From: Gekko japonicus
Lineage: Eukaryota
Reading direction: 5' to 3'
DNA length: 64,000 bases
NCBI RefSeq assembly: GCF_001447785.1
Contig: NW_015173677.1
Span: 1,666,024 to 1,730,023, forward strand
In this document: piece after piece, positions 51,221 to 63,638 of the stretch
Layout of the letters: every line of letters begins with the position of its first letter
How positions within the stretch are numbered: position 1 is the first letter of the stretch
Translations under genes and position numbers: made by a program
Notes under the pieces: model-generated
The model's input: only the letters and a program-made list of their open reading frames with translations
What the model was told of the DNA's origin: nothing
Databases searched by the model: none

Positions 51221-52595
51221 AAACACCTGTGCATAGAAGTTCATTAAGTAATAGGAGTCACATGTTTTGCCTTCAGAGTATACATATAAAAGACAGAGAA
51301 TTTTACTGCTCAGAAAAGTTAGTTTGAACCTCAACATGCTTGTGAGCATTTACTTCAGGTCAACAAAGTATGTGAAACTGTGCTGGCCCACACTAAATGT
51401 TTAAAAGGATGTGGCTGTAGGCAACCAGTATGCTGTCAGCTGTCAGGTACATCCATTGCACCCAGCCAATTCTGCCCTAAGACCTATGGAACCTGTAAAC
51501 AATAATATTGTGCTCTAATTTCCCCCCAGTTCAGTGGTCTGTGTTGTCTTTCTCTCCCTTTCCTTCTGTCACCGCTCCAGGCACAAATCATCCACCATTA
51601 TTTTACTAGCTACATTGTAGTATACTGTCTTTCTTTGAAACTCATTTGACTATTAGTACCAAAATCTGTTTTTGTGAGAACTGTTGGATAATCTCACCTA
51701 TAAACTGCGATATAAATCTTGAGTTGATCAATGTGTGGACATCTTCTGTAAACAGATAAAATACAGTATTCCTTATTGCATTTGACAAGTTCTATTAAAT
51801 TATATATTTAGTCAGCCCTCCTCTTCTAACAAGGTTGACTCTCATTCATGCTTAACTGAATACGGGAAAGCCATTTATATAATTTATTAAATCAGAAGAG
51901 TTCCATCCTAATTTCCAATTGGGACTAGAGTAAATTTCATCATTTATGGACACCTCCTTAGCAATTTGTATGGACTCCCAATCTTGTTTTCTGAAAACAG
52001 ATCTTCAACCCACCCCCACCCCTGCACATTTTGCATGGACAAGAGCAGTGCAAAAGATATTGTGCGCATCAGGGAAATGCTGGAATAATTGTGGCTAATA
52101 TGAAGACTTCCTAGATTATTTCAGATCTCTGCAACAAACAGGATGCAATACAACCTGCTTTCTTGACAGCAGTAAGAACTTCTTAGTAGGAATTTCTCTT
52201 GAATAACTGTGTGGTAGGGCAGCACTATTTGCTAATTCTCTAGGTGCCTCTCTGGATGGCATATTTCAGATATTCAGTTCAATGTCTCTTCCTTGTCCCA
52301 TCTGAACATCCTCTTTCACCTGAAGTGCATTTGTCTGCATAAGTGATGTTGATTTGTGAGTTCTGACTTTAAATAATAACCTACTTAAAGCTATTTATTT
52401 TCAAATGCCCAATGGCACATAAGGCACACCACACTGCAATATATTTGTGTTTCATTGTGTTAATGTAATTAACATTTTAATAAAATTTCAATCAGAATAA
52501 TCTGTCAGAGAAACACATGCTGATTTAATTTCTGCTGGATTCTCTTTAGCTTACTAATGTGTCATACTAGGAATAAAGTGGCAGTAGACTACAAG

Positions 52596-53151
52596 CAAGC
52601 AAGAAAAAAAATATGATTCATAAGTCCTATTGAAAGTAATGAGACTTAGCAGTGACTGTGTGCTGGTGTTCTGATGATTTCGATGTGTTAGACTTGCAGG
52701 GGGAAATTATCCAACACATTTGTCCTTTCTGGCTCCATAACAGATTTCTGTAGGAAATTTACTTACTGACTGACTTGGAAACAATGTAACAGCTGAACAT
52801 AGGTGGAGAGTGTAACTTCCATAATGTACCAGCACAGACGCATCTAGTGGCTTTTGGGAAATGTGGAAACCTCCTTGTAAATTAACACATCTTACAGCTG
52901 TTGATTTTGCCAGAATCTGTATCTGCTATATTTGAGGCAGCCCAACTGCCCTGCAGACAATAGGATAGGGGAGGATGAAGGCATCGACAAGACAGTGTCC
53001 AAGGGAACCTTACTTATTTAGGATCAAAGTTAGCATGCCAAAGACTGGTAGCCCAGCCAGGTATTGCCTTGGTGTGCTTTGCATGCGAAGCAGCCTAATT
53101 TAATAAGAAACTCTGCAAGTGCAAAGTCTCACTGGTGAGTACTTTTGTCTT
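52596..53151 (+). repeat. Left arm of long inverted repeat
   Basis: Reverse complement of 53662-54212, differing by about six substitutions and one 5-bp indel by eye. Confidence 0.97.
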
Positions 53152-53290
53152 AAACATAGAAACTCGGGGTACAGCAATAGAGTACAGTAAATACAGAGTA
53201 AATTGCTGAAAAAGTTCACTAAGATATATACAAAAATATTCAATGAAAAATATTCAAATTTCCATGATGTAATTTAATACTTGTTGTTAG

Positions 53291-53581
53291 TATGTTGGAC
53301 AAACATCTAGGGCTTTGCGGACCCGTATATTAGAACACAGATCGAAGTTAAAACATAAATGTATGACAGCTCCCATGGCCCAGCATTTTGAGGAGGCCGG
53401 TCATGGCCCCAATGATTTCAGATGTCTAGTTTTGGAGGTAGTGAGACCTAAACCTTACATGTATGTTGATATGCAAAAATTGCTGATACAAAGAGAAGCG
53501 TTTTGGACTTTTGTATTAAAAACTGAACAACCTTGTGGACTGAATGCTGCCCTTGACTTATCATGTTTTTTAGGAGAGTAA
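53291..53581 (+). mobile_element. Penelope-like element GIY-YIG endonuclease C-terminal fragment
   Basis: YVGQTSRALRTRILEH...QHF...LEVV...REAFWTFVLKTEQPCGLN has the YIG motif, the catalytic R/E/H pattern and the terminal GLN typical of PLE endonucleases. The GIY half is missing. Confidence 0.9.
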
Positions 53582-53661
53582 ACATTGGATCTCTATTTGA
53601 TATATCTCTCTCTCCCTGTACCATTGTGGGGTTCTTTCATTGTAATTATAAAATTTCTGGC

Positions 53662-54212
53662 AAGACAAAAGTACTCACCAGTGAGACTTTGCACTTGCAG
53701 AGTTTCTTATTAAATTAGGCTGCTTCGCATGCAAAGCACACCAAGGCAATACCTGGCTGGGCTACCAGTCTTTGGCATGCTTACTTTGATCCTAAATAAG
53801 TTCCCTTGGACACTGTCTTGTCAATGCCTTCATCCTCCCCTGTCCTATTGTCTGCAGGGCAGTTGGGCTGCCTCAAATATAGCAGATACAGATTCTGGCA
53901 AAATCAACAGCTGTAAGATGTGTTAATTTACAAGGAGGTTTCCACATTTCCCAAAAGCCACTAGATGCGTCTGTGCTGGTACATTATGGAAGTTACACTC
54001 TCCACCTATGTTCAGCTGTTACATTGTTTCCAAGTCAGTAAGTAGGTAAATTTCCTACAGAGATCTGTTATGGAGCCAGAAAGGACAAATGTGTTGGATA
54101 ATTTCCCCCTGCAAGTCTAACACATCGAAATCATCAGAACACCAGCACACAGTCACTGCTAAGTCTCATTACTTTCAATAGGACTTATGAATCATATTTT
54201 TTTTCTTGCTTG
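53662..54212 (-). repeat. Right arm of long inverted repeat
   Basis: Reverse complement of 52596-53151. Confidence 0.97.
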
Positions 54213-56283
54213 TTGTCAACAGGTTGAATATCACACTTAGTAAGAACTGTAGCATTACTAATATTCTCAAAAACCAATCCTGTGCTATATAAACTACCTG
54301 GCATCAAACCAGCCAAATAAAAATTAAAAGTAAAACATATCTCACTTTTGGTTGTAGATGGTATTTCTCCATTTATTTAATAAATCAGAGTGGGTCCAGG
54401 AGTATTCATATTTGGTTTGGTTCAGGGTGATGGGGTGGGGATGTTCAAATGACTTTGTCATGCTTAAATCTTGTTCCTCAGTCATACAGAAAGCTAAAAT
54501 GTATGGAATTGCAATTATGAAACAAGAAATAACTTGTATTTGCTAGGGAATATTTTGAGTAATTAAATATCTCCATTAATTAATGATTACTCTCCAGGGA
54601 GGCTAACCTTGAAAACATTCATTCTTCCCTTCTTCCAGTCTTTGCCTTTAACTGTCCTAGCTTTTAGGATTATACACCCTTCAACTTTGGCTCTTTTGCT
54701 ATTTTCTTCTAAGAGGCTTTTCTATAGTTGTGCTTTGATTTTCTTCAGCATTCTGTGTCATCTGACATGTTACCCATCTAGCATCTCCTTTTGTTAATAT
54801 GGGAAGTGATGGCATTCTACCAAATGTTTGAATTCTCCGGAGAACCTTACAGTGGCTTCTATAGTACACAAGGGTTTGTGTGCATTATTTTTTTCTTGGG
54901 GGAGCCTGCTGTGAATTTTGTGAAGAGGTGGTAGGTTTTCATACTCTCCCTGTTCTGTAATTTTACATAGAATCTTGGAATTTTCCCCATTATAATTCTT
55001 TTTTCTGAAAGCTGTTTCATTTGCTAATAGGTTAAACTTGTAAACTTAAGCAGCAGAAGTGGTGAAAAAGTTGTTGCTGTCCCTGTTTGCTGCTCTAAAA
55101 AGGAAAGTAAATTCTGACTTTTCCACTTGCCCTTTGAAATATTTGTCAATTTTAAGAAGTCACCATATGAGGGACTTGCTTCTCTGTTGGTAGCATTTTC
55201 CTCCTTTGATCCAGAAACTTTGAATTAAAAGTCTTTCTTTAAAATCACAAGCATGGGGGTTGCATCATCATCCAGATATCTTGGAATTTTGGAAGCTGGC
55301 AACATCAAACATACCTTTGTTAAGAAAAAGACAACCAAGGAGTACTACCAAACAGTTAAAAAGATATTGTGAACAAAATTAAATGGAGGCAACATGGTAA
55401 GGGCAATTAACACACAGGCAGTCCCAGTTCAAAGGTATACAGATGGCATCATCAGCTGGAAACAAGCAGAATTTGAAGCAATGGATCACAAAACTTGTGA
55501 GATAATGATGATGCATCACTCACTATATCCTAGAAGTGATGTTTACTTACCAATAAAATTAGGTGGAAGAGGTGTCCTGAAAGTTAAGCAAGCAGTTGAA
55601 GAAGAAAAATGAGCACTGAATGACTACATCAAGAAAAGCAAAGAGAAGCTTCTATTATACAAAGAAGACTTATTTAAGGTTACAGAAACCAAAGAACATT
55701 TAAAAAGATTGCAATCAAAACTCACTTTGACAACTGGAAATAAAAGCACTTGCATGGGCAACATTTGAAAGACATAGAGAACAAAGTTGATAATGAAAAA
55801 ACCTGGAAGTGGCTCCAAAATGGGCACCTGAAGAAACAAAGAATTCATTCTAGCTGCACAAGACCAGGCACTCAAAATGAATACTACACAAGCCAAGATT
55901 CAGAAGACCAGTGATGACAGCAAATGTTCACTTTGCAAGAAAAGGGATGAAACGGTTGAACACATGATCGGTGTCAGCAGTAAAATTACTCAACCTGACT
56001 ATAAAAAACATCATGATAGAGTTGCAACTCTGTTACACTGGAATCTTTGCAGAAAGGATGGCTTACCATCACCCAGAAATTAATGGGAGCAAAAACCGGA
56101 TAAGATAATGAGAATGATAAAACAAAGATTCTTTGGGACTTTGGGACAATTGCAAACAGATAAACACCTGGAGTATAACACCCCTGCTATCACAATTGTT
56201 GAAAAAAATGAGAAATAGGGTTTGGATCATTGACATGGCAATCCCAGAAACAGAAGAACAGAAAAGAAAGAACAGGAGAAGAT

Positions 56284-56725
56284 TAGGGATGGGCACAAAC
56301 TGGAAAAATGCATTTCAAGTTGGTTTGTGGTTTGTGGCTGAACCACAAACTGAACCATGAACCAAACTGAACTGGAAGGTTTCTTTGCAAACCAAACCAG
56401 TTTCTTGCCCTGCAAACCCCATTGAAATGGACCGCAGTCCCTTTAAATGGGGGTTCCAGAAAGCCCAGAAAATAGCTGAGTGATAGGGAGCAGAATGCTC
56501 CCCACTGCTCAGCTGTTTTAGGTTATCTTGTGCAGTCCCGAACCAGCTGAGCAGGCTGCTCCCTGTTGCTCAGATGTTTTTTCAGCTTTGGTGGAGGACT
56601 CTATCCACAAACTGCCACAAACTAAACATGAACTGGTAGACCCATCATGAACTTCTGTTCACAAACCACCAAAGGCAAGATTTTTAATGAATTTTGCTTT
56701 GTGGTTTGGTTCGTGCCCATATCTA
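56284..56725. mobile_element. hAT MITE nested in the R4 LINE
   Basis: TAGGGATGGGCAC / GTGCCCATATCTA termini, perfect 8-bp TSD GAGAAGAT (56276-56283, 56726-56733), and subterminal aacc/ggtt repeats. Confidence 0.9.
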
Positions 56726-56790
56726 GAGAAGATCACAAAATATCAAGACTTATGAATAGAGTTAGAATGCATCTGGGAGAAGAATGTTAC

Positions 56791-57147
56791 TGTGGTGTAT
56801 TCAATTCAGTGTAAACTGTATGTGAACTCACTCATTGGAACACCATGCAAAGCTTCATCCTGGGCAAGGATCCTAATTCCTCAATTCCTATTGGTAGCCC
56901 AGGAAGAGCCGACCAATCATCTAACATCCAGTTCCCTGAGAGGGAACGTCTGTGATTGGTTGATATGTACGGTAGGGCGTGGATACATTCGCCCGGGAGA
57001 GTTTAAAAGGAGCTCAGCTGCAATGCAAAAGTTGTTCTGGTTGTTCTATTCTGGCTGTTCTGTTCTGGTTGTGTTAAGCGTTGCTCATTAAAGCTGAATC
57101 ACTGGCTGAAATCACTCTCTGACTCTTGTTAAGTAGCCGACTTAACA
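56791..57147 (+). mobile_element. Solo LTR, 357 bp, nested in the R4 LINE
   Basis: TGT...ACA termini and 5-bp TSD GTTAC (56786-56790, 57148-57152). CCAAT/ATTGG boxes, GGGCGTGG, TTTAAAA and ATTAAA occur in LTR order. Confidence 0.9.
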
Positions 57148-57834
57148 GTTACCATCATGCCAATTGTCACTTGAGCCCTTGGAGTAGTGCCTAGAAGTCT
57201 CAAGAAACACCTGGGCATTGAGCAAACAACACCAGCTCAGCTCCAGAAGACAGTGTTGCTTGGAACAGCAAAAATCCTGTGAAGATACATCTGCAATTTC
57301 CAAGAACTTGGTTAGATCTTCAATTGCAGAAAACCATTTACCGGTCAAATATATGACTGTGAGAATTCATAATAATACTAAATGTCTTGTAATTGGGCTT
57401 TAAATAGTCATGAACCCAATGTTTAACCCATACGGTTGTCCAGAATACCTTAGTTTGCTTTACTCCCCCAATTATTACAAAATTATTATTTAATGCATAC
57501 TCATTTTTATATTTATGTACTATTAATGTGCGCCAGAAGCCATAGAAGCCTGTACAATGAGCATAGTGTGCAGGAGCTTCTGTTCTTGAAGGTCAGTGCT
57601 TCTTTCATGCCATTATGTCCACCCCAAATAAGCTGCTCACATGCATATCATGAACATGCACACACACATATACAATCTTAATGAACAGTGTATTGCCATG
57701 GCCACTTAGCCAAACAAATATGAGGTGTCATTGTAAGTAAAATATATATTGCCATATTATTTAAATATCTATTAGAAGGTGAAACAGCCCCACAATCTAA
57801 TGAGGAATGGAAATTCAGAGACGTGAAATAAAAA

Positions 57835-59375
57835 GATAAGAGCAACCATGCTGTATTAAACATTACTCCACAGAGTCCATCCTCCTCCTCTACACAATGG
57901 CCAACAAGATAATTCTGGAAGGTCTGCAAGGCTACCAAGCCAAACTCTTTACTTGTTGTTGTCCTTAGCAATGGTATTCAGAGAGTTACTTCCTCTGAAC
58001 AATGGAGGCTCCATTTAGTCATCCTGACCCAGTGACCTGTCCTCCATCTATATATCTAATAGCCAAGTTGCTCCCTCTGTGCGGATATCTAAATCCACAC
58101 ATGGGGGGCACCTTGGGGGCAGGGAGATTTTCCTGCACACTTGGAGTAGTCTCCAGGAGTGCAGAAAAATCTAAAAAGTTGAAAAAAGTATACCGGGGAT
58201 ATTTAAATCCCCCCAAAAGTAAAAGAGTGTTTCCTACGCATGAGCTGAGGCGGGGGGGGGGCGGAGCTGAGGCGGAGGGGAGGGGGAGGGAAGGAGATTG
58301 GTGGAGGGTGAAGGAGCTGGGGGGGATTGGTGGGGCCTGGCGGCTGGAAGGCGCTCAGACCGTGCCGCCAGTGTCTGGGGATGGGGGGGAAGAGGGCTTA
58401 CCTGCTGCTGCTGCCTCCTCCTCCTGCTCTGCGTGGAGCTCTTCTCCCCCCCACGAGTATCGTGGGTCCCCTTTCTTGTGAAGTTCTATTCCCTTTTTAA
58501 AGCATTTTAGCTACTGTCTATGACCACACCCCATGGCAGTGAGTTCCAGAAATTAATTATCTATAAATGAAGAAGTTTCCTTTGGTTTCTCCTTAGTCTC
58601 TTATACAAGAAGTTCATTGGGAGCTCAATGCATTCTAATATTATGGGAGGGGAGGAAGTTCTTCCTACTTTCTGTACCCCATGCATATCTGAATAAACTC
58701 CTATCATATTCATTCATAGTTGCCTTTTAGCTAAAGTAAACAGGCCTTAAGAGGAATGCTGCTCCAACCCCTTCATAATTTTTCATGCCCCCTTCTGCAC
58801 CTTTTACAGTACTTCAGTATTCCTTTTGGGATACTGCAACCAGAACTGCTCACAGTATCACAAATGTAGCTGTGAAGACATTATGGTATCGCCTAATTTT
58901 TTTAAACTGCTGCTGTACACTGAATTAACTCATCAACCTGTTCCTCACAAATGCAACATCTCCTTCCAGGTCAATCATCCAAGTTCATACCCTGGCAGCA
59001 TATATTTAAAGGTAGGAATGTTTTGCACCAAATAGCATCCTCCTGCATTAATTTGCCACATTTGACTATCCATCCAGTTTGAAGAGATCTTATTACTTTC
59101 TGAGTCTCAAGATTACACTCACAGTTTTGGGTCAGGAAATTGACAGTATTTCCTTCGTATTAAGTTAATGTTTAGTCTGATATTGTCATGTATAACAGGT
59201 CTGTGAGAGAGTCTACTTACGTTTTCCAGTTTATTGGACTCTATGCATTCTCTGACATTCAGAGCAATTCCACCCCCAATAAATCTTTCCCTGTCCCTCA
59301 TATATAGTTTATGTCCAGGGATAGTTGTACCCACTGACTTTATTCATCCCATCAGAAATACCTACTGAATCCATG
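57835..59375 (-). mobile_element. Old CR1 LINE, heavily deleted (3' UTR, RT and endonuclease remnants)
   Basis: GHKLYMRDRERFIGGGIALNVRE is a CR1 endonuclease motif. CR1-like RT C-terminal remnants lie at about 58480-58900. Confidence 0.7.
58047..58478 (+). mobile_element. Non-autonomous Helitron, 432 bp
   Basis: 5' TCTATATATC, 3' hairpin CCCACGA-gta-TCGTGGG (58450-58466), then CTTG (a CTRR variant). Inserted between A and T with no TSD; excision rejoins the CR1 as cctcca|tgaag. Confidence 0.8.
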
Positions 59376-60089
59376 TTTGGCTATAACATTAAGTTCAGAC
59401 AATCAAAGAAATTATGATGGAACAGAGTCAGGAGAATTCATTAATCCCTGGAGATGGGTGAACTTTGTGATTTTTTTGTCAGAATCCCACTTTTATTTTG
59501 AATTCAATGTGAATTTTCATCTTAATTATCCATTTCAGATAACTATTGTCATATATTTTTTCAGCATTGATGGCAGTTTGACATTGCTTCCTATAGAAAT
59601 TGGCATATTATTTTCTTTCTAGGCCGCATTCACTTCAGCTTTTTCCCTTCCTTCCTGCTGTTCAGATTGAAAAGAAACATTCTTCAAGGACAATATTCAT
59701 GCACACTGTTCTGAAGGAAATGGGCTAAACTTGTTCCTTCCCAAGGTCAACATTATGTTGAATATGCAAGACTAACACTGCAGATATAGAAGACTTTACA
59801 TTTGCAAAATGCTGGCCAAACCATAAATAATCCTTAGCATGCCCCAAGGAGGAAAGCAAACTTTCTGAATCATATGCTCCCCTTCCTCTTAGAAATATTA
59901 ATTAATAATGAAGAGTTTCTTCAGAAACATCCATAACTATATTGTTACATGCTCCCCAGACAGACATGCACAAAACTAGGCACCAGCATTAAATCAAGGT
60001 AGGAAACAAAGAAATAGCATTTTAAAATCACTGCCACTTCTTTGTCCTTGATATTTGTGTCAGGGACTCCAAGGCTGGAACCATGTTGT

Positions 60090-60245
60090 CTAAACAGGAT
60101 CTGGGGGTTTTTTTTTGCCATCTTCTGGGCATGGAGCAGGGGTCACTTGGGTGTGTGTGTGTGTGGGGGGGGTATTTGTGAATTTCCTGAATTGTACAGG
60201 TGACCCTGGAGGTCCCTTCCAACTCTATGATTCTATGAATCTATG
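60090..60245 (+). mobile_element. CR1-type 3' end fragment
   Basis: gaccctggaggtcccttccaactctatgattctatgaatctatg is the canonical CR1 3' stem plus (ATTCTATG)n. Confidence 0.8.
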
Positions 60246-60826
60246 GAGCAGAGCCTTGCCTTATGGACTGCCCTGAGTTCTATATGCTCAGGCTTCATGG
60301 CCCTCTTCAGATGTATAAAGAAATACAGGTATGCAACATAAGGGCTAATGCAACAGTGAGACAGTATGAAGTCTCCGGATTGGTTTTGTCTGCAATAAAG
60401 ACTAAAAGACTGGCTTTGCCTGGTATATTGATGCCACATCAGACTCCAGTTCTCCTCTTGCCCCTCTCTCCACTATTTAGATTCAGCTTGTGCCCTTCCA
60501 TTTTGTTCCTTTATGTGCTATAATTCTGCTGTAAAGACATGGTTTGCCAGTGAATGTACATTCTAGCTGAGAAGAGCTGGTATATTTCTATGATCCATAT
60601 TGCTTGGAAGCACATTTTGGCAAGCGTAGTAAGGCCATCTTTCTCAGCTGGTAAACAAATGCTTACAACTGGATGGTGACAACTACTGTTCTGGCTATAA
60701 AAATGGAAATAAATGAGAAATACTGTATTTTGACATCTGAAAACAAATAAGAAAAATTGAACATCATGCCTTTTTGTATGTGAACAGACTAAAAGAGTAT
60801 GTGAAAAGGAGTTCAATATTTTAAGA

Positions 60827-62422
60827 GTCACTCCCATCTTTAAAAAGGGTTCCAGAGGAGATCCAGGAAATTACAGGCCAGTCAGTCTGACGTCGATACC
60901 GGGTAAATTGGTGGAAACCATTATTAAGGAAAGAATTAGTAGGCACATAGATGAACAAAACCTATTGAGGCAGACTCAACATGGGTTCTGTAAGGGAAGA
61001 TCTTGTCTCACTAACCTGTTAATGTTCTTTAAGGGGGTGAACAAACATGTGGACAAGGGGGATCCAATAGATATTGTTTACCTTGACTTCCAGAAAGCTT
61101 TTGATAAAGTTCCTCATCAAAGGCTCCTAAGTAAGCTCAAAAATCATGGGATAAAAGGACAAGTCCTTTTATGGATCAAAAACTGGCTAATTAATAGAAA
61201 ACAGAGAGTGAGTATAAATGGGCAGTTCTCTCAGTGGAGGGGGGTAAGCAGTGGGGTACCGCAGGGATCAGTACTTGGTCCACTGCTTTTTAACTTGTTC
61301 ATTAATGATTTGGAGTTGGGAGTAAGCAGTGAAGTGGCTAAATTTGCGGATGATACGAAGTTGTTCAGGGTGGTGAAAACCAGTGAGGATTGTGAGGCAC
61401 TCCAAAGGGATCTGTCAAAGATGGGCGAGTGGGCGTCAACATGGCAAATGGGGTTCAATGTGGCCAAGTGCAAGGTGATGCACATTGGAGCCAAAAATCC
61501 TAAATATAAATACACGTTGATGGGGTCTGAACTGGCAGAGACTGATCAAGAGAGAGATCTTGGAGTTGTAGTAGATAACTCACTGAAAATGTCGAGACAG
61601 TGTGTGACTGCAATAAAGAAGGCCAATGCTATGCTGGGGATTATTAGGAAGGGTATTGTAAACAGATCAGCCAATATCATAATGCCGCTATATAAATCAA
61701 TGGTGCGACCTCATCTGGAATACTGTGATAATGCCCCTATATAAATCAATGGTGCAACTTCATCTGGAATACTGTGTGCAATTCTGGTCACCACACCTTA
61801 AAAAGGATATTATAGCTTTGGAAAAAGTGCAGAAAAGAGCAACTCGAATGATAAAAGGGTTGGAACACTTTCCCTATGAGGAAAGGTTAAGGCGCTTAGG
61901 GCTCTTTAGCTTGGAGAAACGACGACTGAGGGGTGACATGATTGAGGTTTATAAGATTATGCATGGGAAAGAGCAGGTAGAGAAAGAGGTACTTTTCTCC
62001 CTTTCTCACAATACAAGAACCCGTGGGCACTCCATGAAATTGCTGAGCGGTCGGGTTAGAACGGATAAAAGGAAGTACTTCTTCACCCAAAGAGTGATTA
62101 ACACTTGGAATTCACTGCCACAGGAAGTGGTGGCAGCTACAAGCATGGACGGCTTCAAAAGGGAATTAGATAAGCATATGGAGCAGAGGTCCATCAGTGG
62201 CTATTAGCCACAAGGTATAGATAGGGACTCTGGGGCAAGTGATGCTCTGTCATCTTGGTGCTTGGGGGGGGTCAACAGTGGGAGGGCTTCTAATGTCCTG
62301 GCCCCACTGGTGGACCTCCTGATGGCACTGGTATTTCTGGCCACTGTGGGATACAGAGTGTTGGACTGGATGGGCCTTTGGCCTGATCCAACATTGGCAT
62401 CTCTTATGTTCTTATGTTCTTA
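60827..62422 (+). mobile_element. Young 5'-truncated CR1 LINE: RT domain, C-terminus, 3' UTR and (TTCTTATG)n tail
   Basis: VTPIFKKG..NYRPVSLTS..QHGF..YLDFQKAFD..GVPQGSVLGP..FADD..DLGV..RGH..FFTQRV..WNSLP. Removing a 49-bp duplication (61728-61776) gives a stop-free frame. Confidence 0.97.
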
Positions 62423-63638
62423 AGCTCTTTTAGGCACCAGAAGGATTTTGTAATGCTATAGATTATGGCATTAGTTATTGTACTTTTCTATTGCCCTGAT
62501 TTGATTAGAAATTTATCCTGTGAAAGGTTCATTTTGTTCACCAGCATTTTCACTACAGAAGTGCTTTAGTGATAATAGGAGGAACTCATCTAAATTTTTT
62601 ACAATTATTCCAGTACAGTCTTAGCTATCTTTTCAGGGCTTCCCCCATTTCCTCCCTCCAAAAATGGCTTAGGATGGATTACATTGGTATATCTGTCCTT
62701 CACAGCTCCCCCTCTTATCTCACTATCAGCACATTTCTTATGCTTTTTCTCAGCATAGTTGGAATACCTGGAAGCATTAATAAGCTCCCCGAGACAAAAT
62801 ATAGTGGGATATATCCATTCTGAATGTTCTTACCACAAGGCTGTCAGAAGTGAGCAGGAGAGAATATGGTAAGAAATTATGCATTCCATCAGAGACTATT
62901 TCTGAAAGGTACTCCCTGAAGACTCTTCATACTTCTTGGGAGTCATTCCCTAAACACATGCATGAACTTTGATCCAGCAACAGAGCTGCATGAAAAAATC
63001 CTGTATTTCCAGCTGAATTGTGATGTTTGGCAGGGCTCCTGAATTGCATGTGGTATGTGCTTTTGATGAGCTTTCAAATCCAGGACTACAGGTTGTTTCA
63101 TTCAACCAGTTACATGCACATATGACCTAACTGTTCTTATTTACTGGGGACAGTGTCTTCTGGTAACATACTGTTCTGGACACTGATTCAGGTATAAGCT
63201 TACACTTAAGAAACCCTTAGGGGTCTAGTTCGAATTCTTAGATCAGATCATTTATCTCCCAGCAAGAGTTTTGTTCATTTTAAGGAACAGTACACAATTA
63301 ACACTATAAGAGAATCATTGCTTCCATCTTAGCTTTCTATTACAACATAACTATCTGCATCTTTAACAGTAACTAAAAAGTATGTAATACCATCAACTGA
63401 TATGACATAGATAATTAAAGGAGGGCATTCATTCTAGTCCCTTAAAATGTTTTACTCAAAAATAAGTACGTCATAAACAAGGATCCCCTTTTAAGATGAA
63501 GGTGATAATTGGTTCAGATTCCCATTTTTACAGATTTTCAGAATAATTTCCCAACAATAACTAGCTGTCTTAATAAGTGTACATTCTTGGCTAACTAATT
63601 ACCTTATAGCTTCAAGCACCATGCTAAATGATCTATAC

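Larger units (their letters stand above)
55274..57378 (+). mobile_element. R4/Dong-clade LINE 3' half (restriction-like endonuclease type), degenerate, with two nested insertions
   Basis: YLGI..KLNGGNMVRAINT..YLPIKLGGRG, CSLCKKRDETVEHM..HHDRVA..HWNLC, IIDMAIP..EKITKYQDL..LQKTVLLGTAKIL, and a taa-type end. Confidence 0.9.

Noticed and set aside
60908-62207. Two long ORFs as a host gene or programmed frameshift
   Set aside because: This is a single truncated CR1 ORF2 broken by a 49-bp duplication.
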